Source: Vairimorpha necatrix
Lineage: Eukaryota
NCBI GenBank assembly: GCA_036630325.1
Contig: CP142729.1
Location: 62,001-126,000, forward strand
DNA length: 64,000 bases
Reading direction: 5' to 3'
The position numbers and the translations under genes are program-made. This document shows positions 48,051 through 61,382 of this stretch, one piece after another (position 1 is the first letter of the stretch; each line of letters opens with the position of its first letter). The notes under the pieces are model-generated. The model was not told where the DNA came from, ran no database searches, and worked only from the letters and a program-made list of their open reading frames with translations.

Positions 48051-49590
48051 GTATGTATATATTCAAGAAAAAAGAAATTTGAATCAATTACATTTAAATC
48101 AAATTATAAATATATGTAAAAACCTTTTGATTCCTTTTAAAAAAATGTTCGGAATTTCTTAATCGTTCAAATATTGATTTTAAAATAAATATAAACACAA
48201 GAAACCAGATAAATTAAACAAACAGAATTTATCAAAGACAACATGAATTTACCCGTAAATATGTTAGAAAAAATCGCGAGCTATGACAGAAGCTATTTGA
48301 TATATATAATACGGATTAAACTAAAAATTAAAATAGACCATAAGCCCCATAATGCAGATAAACACTATTAAAATACGAATAAAAAACTGTGTATATTATA
48401 AGAAAACAGATTTAAAGAATAGATGCCTTAACTGGGCATGATCACAATATTATCAAAAAAATTTTACATACGAATGTCAAATTTCAGATTAGTCTAATCT
48501 AAATAGATATGATGACTGTAATTTATGCAGTAAAGATAACAACAATAAAGACAAATTCAAAAATTAAATCAAGTATATTTATAATTCTCTATCGAATTAA
48601 AATTCTGAATAACATGGTGACAATAATTTTTCGTTTTGCTCTTATTTACGCTTTCAAAATAAAGTTAATATTTTTAAAGGTGAGACAATATTATTATTTC
48701 GAAAATATAATATTTTACATATTAATTTGTTATATTTAGTTAATTTCATATAATATTACAGAAATGAACGTTAAGTAAATATAATTTCTATCATGTTACG
48801 TTAAAATTAAAATAGAATTTAATTAAATTTATATTGAAATATCATATTGTATTAATTTTATTCATAAATATAAAAATTTATCAGATGATTATATTAAGTC
48901 GTAATAAAACTGACAAATATAATAATAAAATTGTGAACCACTGTTTTGGAAAGTAAAAAGCAATATGCTATAAGTAAAAAATCTTAGCTATAACTAATTT
49001 TTCTTAAAAAGAAACTTTCAGCAGGCAGAACCTTTTATGTTTTCTTAATCATGAATTTTGCAGCACAACGACAATATCAAAGGTATTTATACAATCAAAA
49101 TTCAATTATATACATAAAATATTTTAAAATCCAAAAAAACATTATTTTTAACTATGCTTCATGCTATAAACTTAGACCATTACATCATATCGTCAAATAA
49201 AGTAGTAAAATATATATAAGGAGAACTTGTCTTGCAGATATTATATACTGTAGTATTTGAAAATATGCAGAAAGTAATAAAGTTTTAAGTATACTGATAT
49301 AAATCACTAGAATTCAAGGCTTAAGGACAACAAACTTTGATACTTGCAGCTATGTCTCCAAAATTTATGTAACACAATCTTGTGAACTTTTGTGTTTGAA
49401 TTGATGTAGTTTTTATTTGAATTTCTTTTTTTGTCATTGTTAATTTCAGAAACTACTTCTAAGGGTGTCTTTAAAGTTGATGATCGCTAGAAGTTATTGA
49501 TTTTTTAAATGGATAATATTCTTTCTAAAATGTATTTTCTGTTTTATATTGTTTTAGTTTGTAAATTTATACAATATTGTATGACTTATA

Positions 49591-50453
49591 GGCTAATTTT
49601 CACTTTATCCCCCCCCTTACCAATATAAATTAAGAATTTTTTATTTTTAGCCCTGTTTTTTAAAAGTCGAAGCGTCCAGAGCGGAAAGGAACAGAGAAAA
49701 ATTTACATAAGTAAAAAAATGGTCTTAGAAACATCTAATTTGATCATAGTTTATGAAAAATATATTATTTAAACCAATTTAATAATGTTTTCTAATAAAC
49801 TATGAGTTAAATAGAAATCTAAATTTGTAAAAATATGTTTTAGCCTATTGCTTTCTTTTGTCATTACATTTAATTTTTGCTAAAGATAAACATGTTTATA
49901 CTTAGTTTATGTTGTTTAAAACAGAATCTAGGTTAGGTTATTCTTAGTTTGGTAGTATATTTATTAGTCTTGTTTTTTAGGTTTTTATTGGTTTTTCTAG
50001 ACAAACAAAGTAAAAATAATGTTATATTTATGCTCTTTTAAGAATTATTGAATCGTATAGAATGTCAATTTATTAATATATGTTATATTTTAGCTCCAAA
50101 AGTAAAATATTACATGTTTGGAAAATTCTTTAATTCTTGAAAAATATTCATTTATAGCAGCAAATGAACCTTATAAATATTGTTTATATAGAGATTTTCG
50201 TTGTTATACATTGCAATGTACAATAAAGATAAATCTTGATCAATAATTGGAAGAAGGAAATTTTTAAAAAATTGCAAAACCAAACGAAAAAAATAATTGT
50301 TTTATTTTTGGAAAATATGCTATTTTATTACAACTTTATTTTTTTGACTTTTGCTCCTTCACATTTTTTCCGCTTCGAATTTCGAAAAAAAGGGATATTT
50401 TTTAAAAATTCTTAATTTATATTGGTAAGGGGGGGATAAAGTGAAAATGCTCC
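49591..50453. mobile_element. Non-autonomous TIR element (MITE; Merlin- or Mutator-type)
   Basis: About 50-bp TIRs GG(CTA/AGC)ATTTTCACTTTATC(n)TTACCAATATAAATTAAGAATTTTT; 9-bp TSD TGACTTATA at 49582-49590 and 50454-50462; no internal ORF. Confidence 0.9.
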
Positions 50454-51730
50454 TGACTTATATATTCAAATTTAATACTAAATCAAAAATTATAATATTT
50501 GATGCAATACATAAGTAAATGCTTCGCTAATTATGTGATAAGATTTTTATGATATAAAATGTTTAATGTTGTTTTACGCTAAAATTATGGAATTTATATA
50601 TAGAATAAATGTAAAAGCCAATGTATTTAAGTTTATGATTTATTCATTGAAAATTATATGACATATATACAAATGAGCACTTGATCTATAAAATATCATA
50701 AACAAAAAGTTATTCTGTTAGAATGTGTTTTGTCTATGCTTTTCTGTATCTAATGTCAATATACTCGTAGTGATTAAAAACCAGAAAAATGTTTGAAAAT
50801 AAACAAGAATATTAATTTCGCTCCAACATGCTTTTATTCAACAACCAAAATATACAAGTGTTACATTTCATTTAGATTAAAAAAAGACAATGAAAGAGGT
50901 ATAGAATAAAATCTCGAAAAAAAATAAAAAGGTAAAATTTTTCAGTTTTATAGATTATATTTTGTAGATATATCGTATCGATTTTTAAATCTATCCCTTA
51001 GTCATCTTTTATAAGCAATTTAAAATTAACTAGAAGTATACGTATTAATATATGAATTTTAAAGCTTCATGTGGTATTATATTTAGCTCAAAATATTAGT
51101 TTATTTCTTTTTCTAGAAAAACAAAATATACTTTTATTAAAATATATAAATTTATTGTAATGGTATTAAAACTTTTTTTTAAAGTAAATTTCATCTCAAA
51201 TGCACGTGTATTACACGAATCGTAAATCCTTGTTGCTTTAAATAAAAAAGTTAATTGTCATCTATTAATAATATTAATTAGAATAAAGGCAAAAAGCTTC
51301 AACACTCAAATTAAAATCATATTGGGAATCAAAATTGTTTTTGAACAATGCTTAAGTTTTTTTTTGTGTTTATATGAATTATGTAGAATATTGCATTTAT
51401 TTATGGTTTGTATGTAATCAGAATTAATATTTGACGTATAAATTGATCAACTGATAGTTAGAAAAATGTAAATTGTCTATAGCTGATAATTTTAATTTTA
51501 TAGCATAATTATTACTTAACACAATATTTGATACGTAAGTTGGCTTTCAAATACACTAACATTCCTAACATATTAAAAAATCTAAAGAAATTCTCATTTA
51601 TTAAGTAACATTTATTGAATTAAATATACTACAAATATGGTATTTTATGACAAAAATCATAAATTTGAAAACACGTCAAAGTCGTGTATATTATAATTTA
51701 TCATATAAAAAACGAATTCCCTAGACCCTT

Positions 51731-52684
51731 ATGATTTGTAAAATATTTTTATGTTTTCTTTTTGCTTGCAGTAAAGTAACCATCTTTGTAAATCACAAAG
51801 AAAATAATGTTTGTGATGGATACGTTGGATTTTCAAAGGAAATTGATGACTATGATGAAGTCAAAATTTTTCTCTCCAATGAAATTAATATTCTATATAA
51901 AAAAATTGACAACAAACAATACATTGCAGATATTGTAACACTAGTAAACGAATCCAGTTTGCCTCTGCTTCCCATAAACAGTGAAGAATATGAAGAACTT
52001 CGAAGTTTGGGTTCAAATATACAAAAAAGCGAACTGCGTGATCATTTTAATGATAGTGTAAAGTATTTTAAATGTAGTTTTAATTGTAATGATTACAGAC
52101 ACTGCATTTTAGAATACATTTTATATAAAGCAGGAACCAATACTGTTTCGTGGGCACACAGCATAATATTGTATCTTGAAGAGGATTTTATTTATGGAAA
52201 TGCGTACTGGCAAGGAAAATATGATTTGAAAATCAATGTATCAAGGTTAGATACAATTATTGGATATTTAAACAATAAATGCCAATCAGACAGTCCTAAC
52301 ATTTTGAGTGAAATAAGGAATGAAAGAATGAGGGAAAAAATATTGTCACGTGATAGGTTTAAGAAATCTTCAGCTAACGGATCCTGGGAAAATATGACAC
52401 CAGTTTTGTGTACCGATCCTAGTAGTGAAAATCGCCAAAATATATTAGAACGTGAAATTAATGATCATGATAATAATATAACAGTTTTAAAAAAATCTAA
52501 TATTAATACTAAAACTGAAAATGATGATGAAAATGATTTTTATGCAAAATATCCATGGAATTGTGGCTTTAAGAGCGAAAATTATTATAAACGTCCTGTA
52601 AACCCATTGAAATATTATCATTACGCTGTCTTTTTTGTACCAGCTGCTATATCCGTAGGTATGTATTTTTATTCTAATAAATAA
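51731..52684 (+). CDS. Signal-peptide membrane family member 4, 317 aa
   Basis: CCC-TT-ATG start; MICKIFLCFLFACS; VTIFVNHKENNVCDGYVG, EYEELRSL, TVSWAHS; C-terminal TM YAVFFVPAAISVGMYFY. Confidence 0.88.
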   Translation: MICKIFLCFLFACSKVTIFVNHKENNVCDGYVGFSKEIDDYDEVKIFLSNEINILYKKIDNKQYIADIVTLVNESSLPLLPINSEEYEELRSLGSNIQKSELRDHFNDSVKYFKCSFNCNDYRHCILEYILYKAGTNTVSWAHSIILYLEEDFIYGNAYWQGKYDLKINVSRLDTIIGYLNNKCQSDSPNILSEIRNERMREKILSRDRFKKSSANGSWENMTPVLCTDPSSENRQNILEREINDHDNNITVLKKSNINTKTENDDENDFYAKYPWNCGFKSENYYKRPVNPLKYYHYAVFFVPAAISVGMYFYSNK

Positions 52685-54519
52685 TATAAAGTCTTATGTT
52701 TGCTTTTACAAAAATGTGATTTTTTTATTTTTGTAATAAATGTGATCTTCTTATAACTTCGCTGATTTGTAGTTTTTTTTACGAAGTGTAGACATGAAAA
52801 ATGTATTTTTAGATAAAAAAAGATAAAACACATTTGTAATTATTTTTGTATAAAGATATATTTTGATTAAGTAATTACAAGTAAGATTTTGATCGGGTCT
52901 TGCAGTTCGATTTAGAAAAATGTGCGATTCACTGGTATGCCTTCACGGAATTTTTTTCTGATAGTCTCAAAACCTATATAAATAGGTACATTCTGTATTC
53001 TTTAATAATTTTGCATTTATTACTTGTGTTTTTTCATACAATTTTATATTTTGGAATGTGCAAACAAATGAGATTATCTAATTTTTAGTATATAGATATT
53101 TTAGTTTATATTGAAATTTTCACATTGTATTTAATCAGCTATGATTTGTTTCATCATTTCCAACGTCATAACATATAAAAGTACAATTATTCGAAAATTT
53201 GTACTGTTACAATAATTTTACTATCCAAAATAATTATTTTTTGCCGTTGGCGTCATTCTAATTAATAATTAAAGATTATATTGCATTATTTTTGTATTGT
53301 TTATTATTTTCGATATTTATTTTGTTGTCGACATTTAATTTTATCTAAAAAAGCATCCCGTCTATGCGCTTACTACAATGTTTTTGTTGTAATACACTAT
53401 TATATATGTACATGACATATTCTGAAATCATATACTTTTGTTTATGGTTCATTATTATAAAAATAATATTATAAAGGACTGATGAACAGAAACGTTTTTA
53501 TTGATAAAACATAATTTAAATATAAAACTAGATTCAACGATTTACATGCAATGAATTTTTTTGTCAAAATAATAACTTTAAATAAATGGGGGGAAAATAT
53601 ATTCAATATACATTATACGTCGGAAATGAAGTATAGTATATTAGAACACATTAAATACATGTTTTATTATAGTTTTTAAAAAAAATGTGAATGTCTCCCA
53701 CGTGAAATAAAAACTAAATGGCCCTTTCTTGTAAAGGTAAAGGTCCTTTCCTTACGTTTGGAATGCATAACAGATAGTCGTTCATACCAAAATACGCAAA
53801 CATTGTACTAAATTAGAACTAATGAAATTACTTTATTATCAACAAGTTCTTGAACATTTTTTATTACTTTGGCTTCAGTGTAATTTTTATCTTTTTTATC
53901 TTTCTTAAGTTCAGAAAAATATGCGAGAAATTCAAAATCTGTTTATTGTTTTTGGTAAAAAATAGACAACAGTATCGAATTCAAATTTTTATAGCAGTAA
54001 ATCGTTTCATGTACGCCTCCTAGTTTTTTACATTACCGAAATTCTCTTTTATCGACTGCGTTATACAAGTCTACCATATAAATAATATTATTTTGTTACA
54101 ATCTTATAATTAGACCAGTAAGATCTCTATATAGCTATAAATATTTTCTTTATATGTGTCGACAAAAGTGACGTATGCGTGCTGGTAAAAATGTTCCAGC
54201 ACGCTTATAGAATTAATGTTAGTTTTTTTTTAAATGTTTTATTGTTAGTAGTTTTTGTTTGTAATTGGTTCGCTGTAAATTGTTCGTTTGAGTTTCTCTT
54301 CATAGATTCGTATCTACGACATAATTTTGCTATTTATAGTTGTAATTCACGAACTACTTTATATGTTTCATAATGGACCATTGGCCTTTTCTAAATATTG
54401 GCGTGCTTTGAAACTGTTTGACGTTTCCTTATTGAATGTTCACTCTGAAAACCTGTGATTATACCACAAAAAGCTATCACATTATATTCTACCCCACCGT
54501 CTATAATTGATTTGTTGAT

Positions 54520-55120
54520 CTATATTGACAATATGACCACAAAATGAGATCAAATGCTATCGCATTATTACATGATATGGCGCAATGAGGCATTGCGATG
54601 CATACACCTGCAGTTATAGAAGACGTATGGTGTATTACAACATAGATGAATTAAAATTCAGTCGGTCCAAAAATCTGTAGCTAATGAGTATGCTGAGATA
54701 CGAATTAAAAATAGGATACATATAAGTATCAAAATAATGTATAACAAGGCTGATATACTAATTGTGGACAAGTTGAAGAAAGAAGAGATCGTTGTTATAG
54801 TTGGAACCACAAGCTAACAACCTTCTTGCGATAGAAACAGAAAAGAAATAATATACGAGTTGCTTGCAAAGCTGTGGCTTCTATCTATAGTATCAGACGA
54901 AAAGTATTTTTTATATGATTACTTTTTATAAAATAGTACTAATTTTCACCGCGCGCATAAAAGGTTCTATTATAACCCAAACTGAAGAATATATACAAAC
55001 AAGAGTCTAAAATGACAGCAAAAAGCTATCTATGTCAGCTGGACATTGGCTTGAACCTGATCAGGAAGGTGTATTTGAGAGTCCAATGCTTGGATTTCAG
55101 AAAGGGTTGCATGCGTATCA
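54520..55120 (+). mobile_element. Decayed RLE non-LTR fragment (endonuclease region)
   Basis: RNEALRCIHLQL, VANEYAEIRI, YNKADILIVDKLKKE, TEEYIQTRV; 3' part matches 42770-42920. Confidence 0.75.
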
Positions 55121-55813
55121 TGTGAAAAGTAATTCGTAAATAAGATATTTATTATACCAATAAAGTGTTTTATAGCTGTATTAGCATAAACGATCTCCGA
55201 ATATGCATGATGATTAGTCGAAGGAGTTGTTTTTAAACAGTTTTTTTTCAGTAACTATACGCAATTTGGGATACATAGGCCTCCAGTAAATATCGCTAAG
55301 GTTCTATTATGAAAAAAAATAGCATATTTATAAAAAAAACTTTATCTGGTTTCTTGTTAAATCTATTTTTCATGTATCAAAATCTTGTTTGATCAAATGT
55401 ATATTTTGTATATAAAAACTAATAGTGCCACGTGTGAGATCTTTGAAAGAAAAATGGCTTTATAAGTACCTAATGTTTCTTAAGGTACGAAAATTTGAAT
55501 AAAGTGTTCCATAAATAATATATAAAGGATATTTTGTATATCATTGGATATAATAATATAAATCCGCTTACATATGAATATGTTATAAATTATATTTTGA
55601 TATAAACATGTGTATTTAACTAAGCCAAAGTCTACAACTAAATGACGGTTTATCGAATACCTCATTAATCATATTAAGAAATAGATAAAACTAAGCCAAT
55701 AAATTAAATTTATTAAACAACAGAGTTACTTATTTTTAAGAACGTATTTATGATGATCAGTTGATTTGTTACAATTTAATTTAGTTTTAAAAATCGAAAT
55801 TTGTTTGATCCCC

Positions 55814-56776
55814 ATGTTTCATAAGTTATTTTTTTGTTTACTTTCTACTATCTGTGAATTAACTTTATTTGTACATCGCAGAGAATCTAATCTTTGTGAT
55901 TTATACATTGGATTTTCAACAGAAGATGTTCAATTTGATGAAATAAGATGTTTTCTTACTAATGATATGGATTTGCTGAGTAAAAAAATTGAATACAGAC
56001 ATCATCTTGAAGATATTATAATATTAGTTGCAAAATTCGAATTGCCTATGATCGATCTGAAAAAAGAAAATTATAGAAAATTACGAGAACTGAGTTCTGA
56101 AATTCAAAACATCGAAATCCGTAATAATTTTATAAATAGTGTGACATATTATACATGTAGTATTGATTTACAGGAGTACAAAAGTTGTGTATTTGAGTTC
56201 ATTTTGTATAAAGAAGAAGACAATACTGTCTCGTGGGCATACAGCCAAGAAATAATTTTAAACGAAATTATAAATTCTCGTAAAGTCCGCTGCGAGAGAA
56301 AATGTGATTTGAAAATTGAAGTATCGAATTTAGATACAATTTTTGCATATTTATACAATAAATGTTTATCGGCTTGTCCTAACATTTTTACAGAAATAAG
56401 AAATGAAAAGAACTTGCAAAGGCTTAGGTCAATCAATAGTTCAGAAAACGTGTATATTAATAGAGACAATCTGAATAAGATTAAAAAAGCAGACAAATCT
56501 ATTTGTAGTTTTGTCAATAAAAATTATGACAAAAAAAATAAATTTGATGTATCAGATTTGAATCAGCATTTTTTAAAACAAAGTAAAATAGATATAAATG
56601 GTCATGTTGATGAAAAAAATAAAAACAAATTCGAAATAAAGCCATTTTCAAATTTAAAAATCGACAATAAAAATCCAAAGAAACAAATTAATAGCTCTCT
56701 AAAATATTATCACTATGGTATCATCGTTCTATCTATAGTTGTATCGGCGGGTTTTTACTTGAAATATAAATGTTGA
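55814..56776 (+). CDS. Signal-peptide membrane family member 5, 320 aa
   Basis: Start re-assigned to CCCC-ATG at 55814 (MFHKLFFCLLSTIC); closest to member 4 (DLKIxVSxLDTIxxYLxNKCxSxxPNIxxEIRNE, LKYYHY); C-terminal TM. Confidence 0.88.
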   Translation: MFHKLFFCLLSTICELTLFVHRRESNLCDLYIGFSTEDVQFDEIRCFLTNDMDLLSKKIEYRHHLEDIIILVAKFELPMIDLKKENYRKLRELSSEIQNIEIRNNFINSVTYYTCSIDLQEYKSCVFEFILYKEEDNTVSWAYSQEIILNEIINSRKVRCERKCDLKIEVSNLDTIFAYLYNKCLSACPNIFTEIRNEKNLQRLRSINSSENVYINRDNLNKIKKADKSICSFVNKNYDKKNKFDVSDLNQHFLKQSKIDINGHVDEKNKNKFEIKPFSNLKIDNKNPKKQINSSLKYYHYGIIVLSIVVSAGFYLKYKC

Positions 56777-56872
56777 TGCATATAATAAATTTTTTGTAGA
56801 GATAAGCCTTCTATAACTCAAGTATAATTTTAGCAAATGTTTATTTGATTGCTTTTAATTTGATTTTCAACT

Positions 56873-58660
56873 AATTTATTGAGTTAAATTTCTTGCCGAA
56901 GTTAGATATACGTAGCAAAGGCGGTCCCGATATCGCTCACGGATTCGGCTCGTCTCGGACTTACGTTTCTGTGGACCTATCATGTTTCTCAACTTTGACA
57001 CTTTACTTCTTTATAGTCCCGATATTGAGTAATGTGCTTACAGCTCTAGGCACTTCTTTCTCTCCTGTATCCTCTTGGTCATATCCTTGTCGTCGTTCCA
57101 AAGTAATATACCCTAAAATCTATTTTAGCACAATATACTAAATCTACGCTAAGATATAGATGTCTTTTAAGCTTTATGATGTACTTTCTGTGATATTTGA
57201 TCACCACATCATCCCATGTCATTACATTAGAAACTATTATTGTGTGGGATTAATGTATTGGTTTCATTTTATTTGCAAGAAGGTAATACTTTTTAGTTTT
57301 TCGATCCTGACAATAGTAAGTCAATCCAAGTTAATTATCTTAAGTTCAACTATTAAAAATTCTTTCTTCTTTGTGTCAAACACAAAAACATTAGGCTTAT
57401 TTTGGGTTTCTTTTTATTAGAGAATAAATTCGTATTCACTCTTATTTTCGCACGATCATTTTCCATGCTCTCTTGTATTGAGTTTCCACGTATTTTTTTG
57501 TCTTCTTGGCCTCTTGTTTGATACATAGTAAAAGATGGATGCATTTAATTCCCTCGTTGTGTCTTTTAATATAATCAAAATCAAACATTCGATCACGCTT
57601 GAGAGCTAAATGTTGACGCTTTACTTTGAGATCCACAATAAAGACATTGTCTTTCTTGTCCACAGAAAATATTTCTAAACTGTGGGAAGCAGTTACTTGC
57701 TTCATTTAGCCTAATTGTTTCCTTTGACCACCCAGGTAGAAGATTCCATAATGCATACTAAATCATTGCCTCTAGTTTTAGACAGCTTTACATAGTGATT
57801 TAGGTTAATTTTGTCTTAAATCGCTTCTTTCTAAATATCTATTAGCATTGCTGCGTTTTTTCTATTATAAAGTGGTACCTAATACTTAGATGCTCGTTGA
57901 TTATAAACAATAAAGATTTACCTTCGCATCTTCTTTAGTTTTGCCGCCATTCAGAGTGAGCTACTTCTGGGCATATCTAATATTTATTTTATAATAAGAA
58001 GCATAATTTCGCTCTATCATCGTTACTAAATAAGTTCTTCTCGGTTTGATTTAGTACGGTATGATCTTTTCTTGCAAACTGGCTGTAGATGGACCTGATA
58101 ATTAATAAGTACCCATCGGATATCAAAATCGATACTTTTGAAATCTTTTGGTTAAAATTCAAGTAATCACACATGATAGTTATTTTTGATATTACTTATT
58201 CATGTATAGCTCAAATCATATTCCTACTATTTAATTGGGAATATTACAGTTTTTAAACGCCCTGTAAGATACACCTCCTACTTTTTTATAGTCACTCTAT
58301 AAAAGCACTAGAGTCACCTTCTGTTGCTCCAGGTCTTTATTATTAATGCGCTCTAGGTACTACTGCATCTTCACTACAATCTTTATATTTGTTTTAAAAT
58401 TATTTCTGTTCATTCTTAGCCTATAGCCAAGAAGCCATTCTTAGTTTCCTTATTAATCAGTTTTAAAACAACATTTTTTCCGTGAGAAGCTTTGGATCAT
58501 TAAAGTTAATATATGTTCGTTACATAGTTCTTTCTGTGTTCTGTATTCATACTTTTTAATAAGTTGAATTCAGTTATCACCCCAACCGATCTATACATTG
58601 TATAAACATACGGAAACAAGAATTCTAATTGTAATGTACCCCTTTCTATCTTTAAATCAG
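56873..58660 (-). mobile_element. Longest decayed RLE non-LTR copy (part of RT through endonuclease)
   Basis: HLQP, QHLALKRDRMFDFDYIKRHNEGIKCIHLLLC, ENDRAKIRVNT; 3' end ATTTATTGAGTTAA matches the copy at 1046-1070; 5' limit approximate. Confidence 0.8.
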
Positions 58661-59584
58661 TTTCTTGTAAATTATAATAACATATTTTATATTTTTTTAC
58701 GATAGTAGAATTGGAAAACGTGTTGTTGTAAGAGATTGTATTTATTATAAGTTACGCTATAGCTTTAAAACAGGTTTAAATTTTAAAAAAAAATATATTT
58801 TGTGTAAAAGGCACAATATGATATAATCTACATAAATTAAACGATGTATTTATTATATTTTTTTTGAAGCATTGCTTTGTCTGAATTAACATAAAAAATA
58901 ATATTTGTACTTCTTAGATTCTTTGAGACATAAAATGTTACACTAAAGGTTGCAATGTTGTAGTTTTTTAGAGTTGAAAGATTTTAATCCTATATGTTTT
59001 TAGACCGAATAACCTTTCCACGTGATTAATACCACTTTGTAATGTTTTTAGTATACTTAGGAGGGTCGATGATTTTAAGTTACTTTAGTAACTGTTTGTT
59101 CTTTCCGCTGGTTCTCTAATTATGATGGTATTAATTTTTTATTTGGATTATTTATAACAAATATTTTCATAAATTTCGATTTTTAATAAATATGATAAAA
59201 ATTGAAATTTTTGAAATATAGCCTACAACAATCGATGGAGGCATTCTGTATTAAAAATAAAAAAATTTAGACATATTTAACGTTCCTTATTTTACATAAT
59301 TTAATTTATTTATTTTAATGTTCAATATGTCATATGTCATCTTTTTTACTTGAAATTCTGTGTAATTTATCTTATACAAATTATTTTTTTTTATTGGGCT
59401 AAACATGTAAAAAGTTTAAAATTTTAATGTTATATTAAGTATTTAAACGTTTGAGTATAGAATATGAATTTATAAATGATTATATTTGTATTCTGGAAAG
59501 ATAAGATTTAATCAAGATATTGAAAGAATCTTTTTGATTATAATTCTACGACATACACTAAACCCTTAATTATAAAAAAATTTT

Positions 59585-60698
59585 GATTCTAGTTTGCTAC
59601 ACGCCCGGAGCCAAATCGTGTTTGTTATACGCCCGGAATGAAAAATTGCAGCTTTTAAAGAGAAAAGAACTTTTATAGCATGATAATAAAAAAGTAGCAT
59701 TGTAAAAAGACAGGCCTCATTTAGAATTATTTTAATTTTAGCTTATGGCTAGTAAAGCTAGCATTCTGATAAACGCAGTCTCCTTAAACTCGTCTATGAA
59801 CACCAGTTCAGCTATAAGATCAGGAAGTCGCGTTTTTTGAACACCATACATTTTTTTTCGCCATAGGCTTCATCTTATTTCAGAATGACTCGACGTTCTG
59901 GGTATTTGCTCCAGTTATCGGATCAACGAAATTTGTCTTGTGGTTTAAAACCAGATGACGGAACCCGAGTTCTCTTTTAATATTTGCATTTGAACTTCGG
60001 CCATCTGAGTGGATTATTGTGCCAGGTCTAATAACCTAGCAATGATCGGAAGTAAAACAGCAGCTGATCGATTGGGGAAACCTCCATATACCACTTCTCA
60101 GGAGAGAAAAATGTCTGCGATCCCCAAAACTTACACATCAGATGATTTCGCTCTGCCATGATGATGTTGATCTTGTAGACGAACTAGCTTTCGCCGATCT
60201 GACAAATAATAGCTGGATCTGAGAATCTCATAGGATAAGCCTCGTAGTATACTTTAATTATAGTCCTCGGCTTGTTTATAACCGCCACGATGGTGTTTCT
60301 TCTGAATCCATGGTTGCAAAAAATCTCTTTAATATGTTTTTATTTGCTACAAAGCATATCATAGCATATAATCAGAGAATGGCAATTTAAGTCCCTCAAA
60401 AGAGGATCCAGTTCTAATGCTCTTTGTGCTCCTGTAGAGCCTGCACACTTTATTATCGCAAGTCCGGCGAATAAGGTCTGGGCCCTTCTTCGATCGCCAA
60501 CCATGCCAGATAAACACTCAGAACAGGACAACTGGTCAGAAAAGGGTTTGTTCTCGAAGAACAGAAATCATCTCTAAAGGTGGCATTCTACGGATTTGGC
60601 CGTAAATTTAAAACTGCGACACAACCGTATAAATTGGGGTAACATTTTCTTAACTAGTTTGTTATGCGCCATTTTTGGGCGCTTAACAAACTAGGTCC
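59585..60698 (-). mobile_element. Degenerate complete Merlin transposon
   Basis: Imperfect TIRs (GATTCTAGTTTGCTACACGCCC versus GGACCTAGTTTGTTAAGCGCCC); 7/8 TSD AAAATTTT/AGAATTTT; minus strand QIGES, VLLPIIARVIRPGTIIHSDG, HLVLNHKTNFVDPITGANTQNVESF. Confidence 0.85.
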
Positions 60699-61382
60699 AG
60701 AATTTTTTTATTGAAAGAAAGTACAAGCTTTTCCCAATAAATTAATATCTAAAAATTGTATCACTTGTATAAACACAACATAAAAATGATTTTTTTTGTT
60801 TGCAATTCTCTAAATATTAAGATTTATGATTATAGTGATTTTAATATAACTATTAGTATTGCGTTCATATATTCTAAAAAAAAAACTTAAATATTATTTT
60901 TTAGATATAGTTTGTTTTAATTGTTTTTTAGTTTTATTCTATAATATTTGTTCGCAAATATTTTGTGATTGGTATTTTTTAAATTGCTTTTAAAATGATT
61001 TAATGCTTTAAATTTTTAATTGTTCATATTTAATCATCTATTATACTATATATATAAATTCAATGGAAAAACTAACTTATTTTTAATCCTCTTTTTTATT
61101 AATTAAAAGACTATAAAACATGTAAATCGACTTAAAAGTTTTTAAAAAAATCTTGCGTGTGTTTACAATAAATTTTATGGTTTGCTAATTTAATTTGTTA
61201 AAGATTTTAATAATATAATAATATCTCCTTTAATCCTTCATTCAAAAATTGTAATTTTAAAAAGCAAAAACTTAGGTATCCACAATTTTAAAGCGTGAAA
61301 TCTTTAGATTTTTTGTTAGAAACGTCTATATGTTCTTAATTGTCAATTTAAATTTTTCTAATTTATAAATCTTCCAATATAT

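Noticed and set aside
54177..54204. GC hairpin GCGTGCTGG/CCAGCACGC as terminator or Helitron end
   Set aside because: Eukaryotic context, no U-tract and no CTRR terminus; isolated 9-bp stem.
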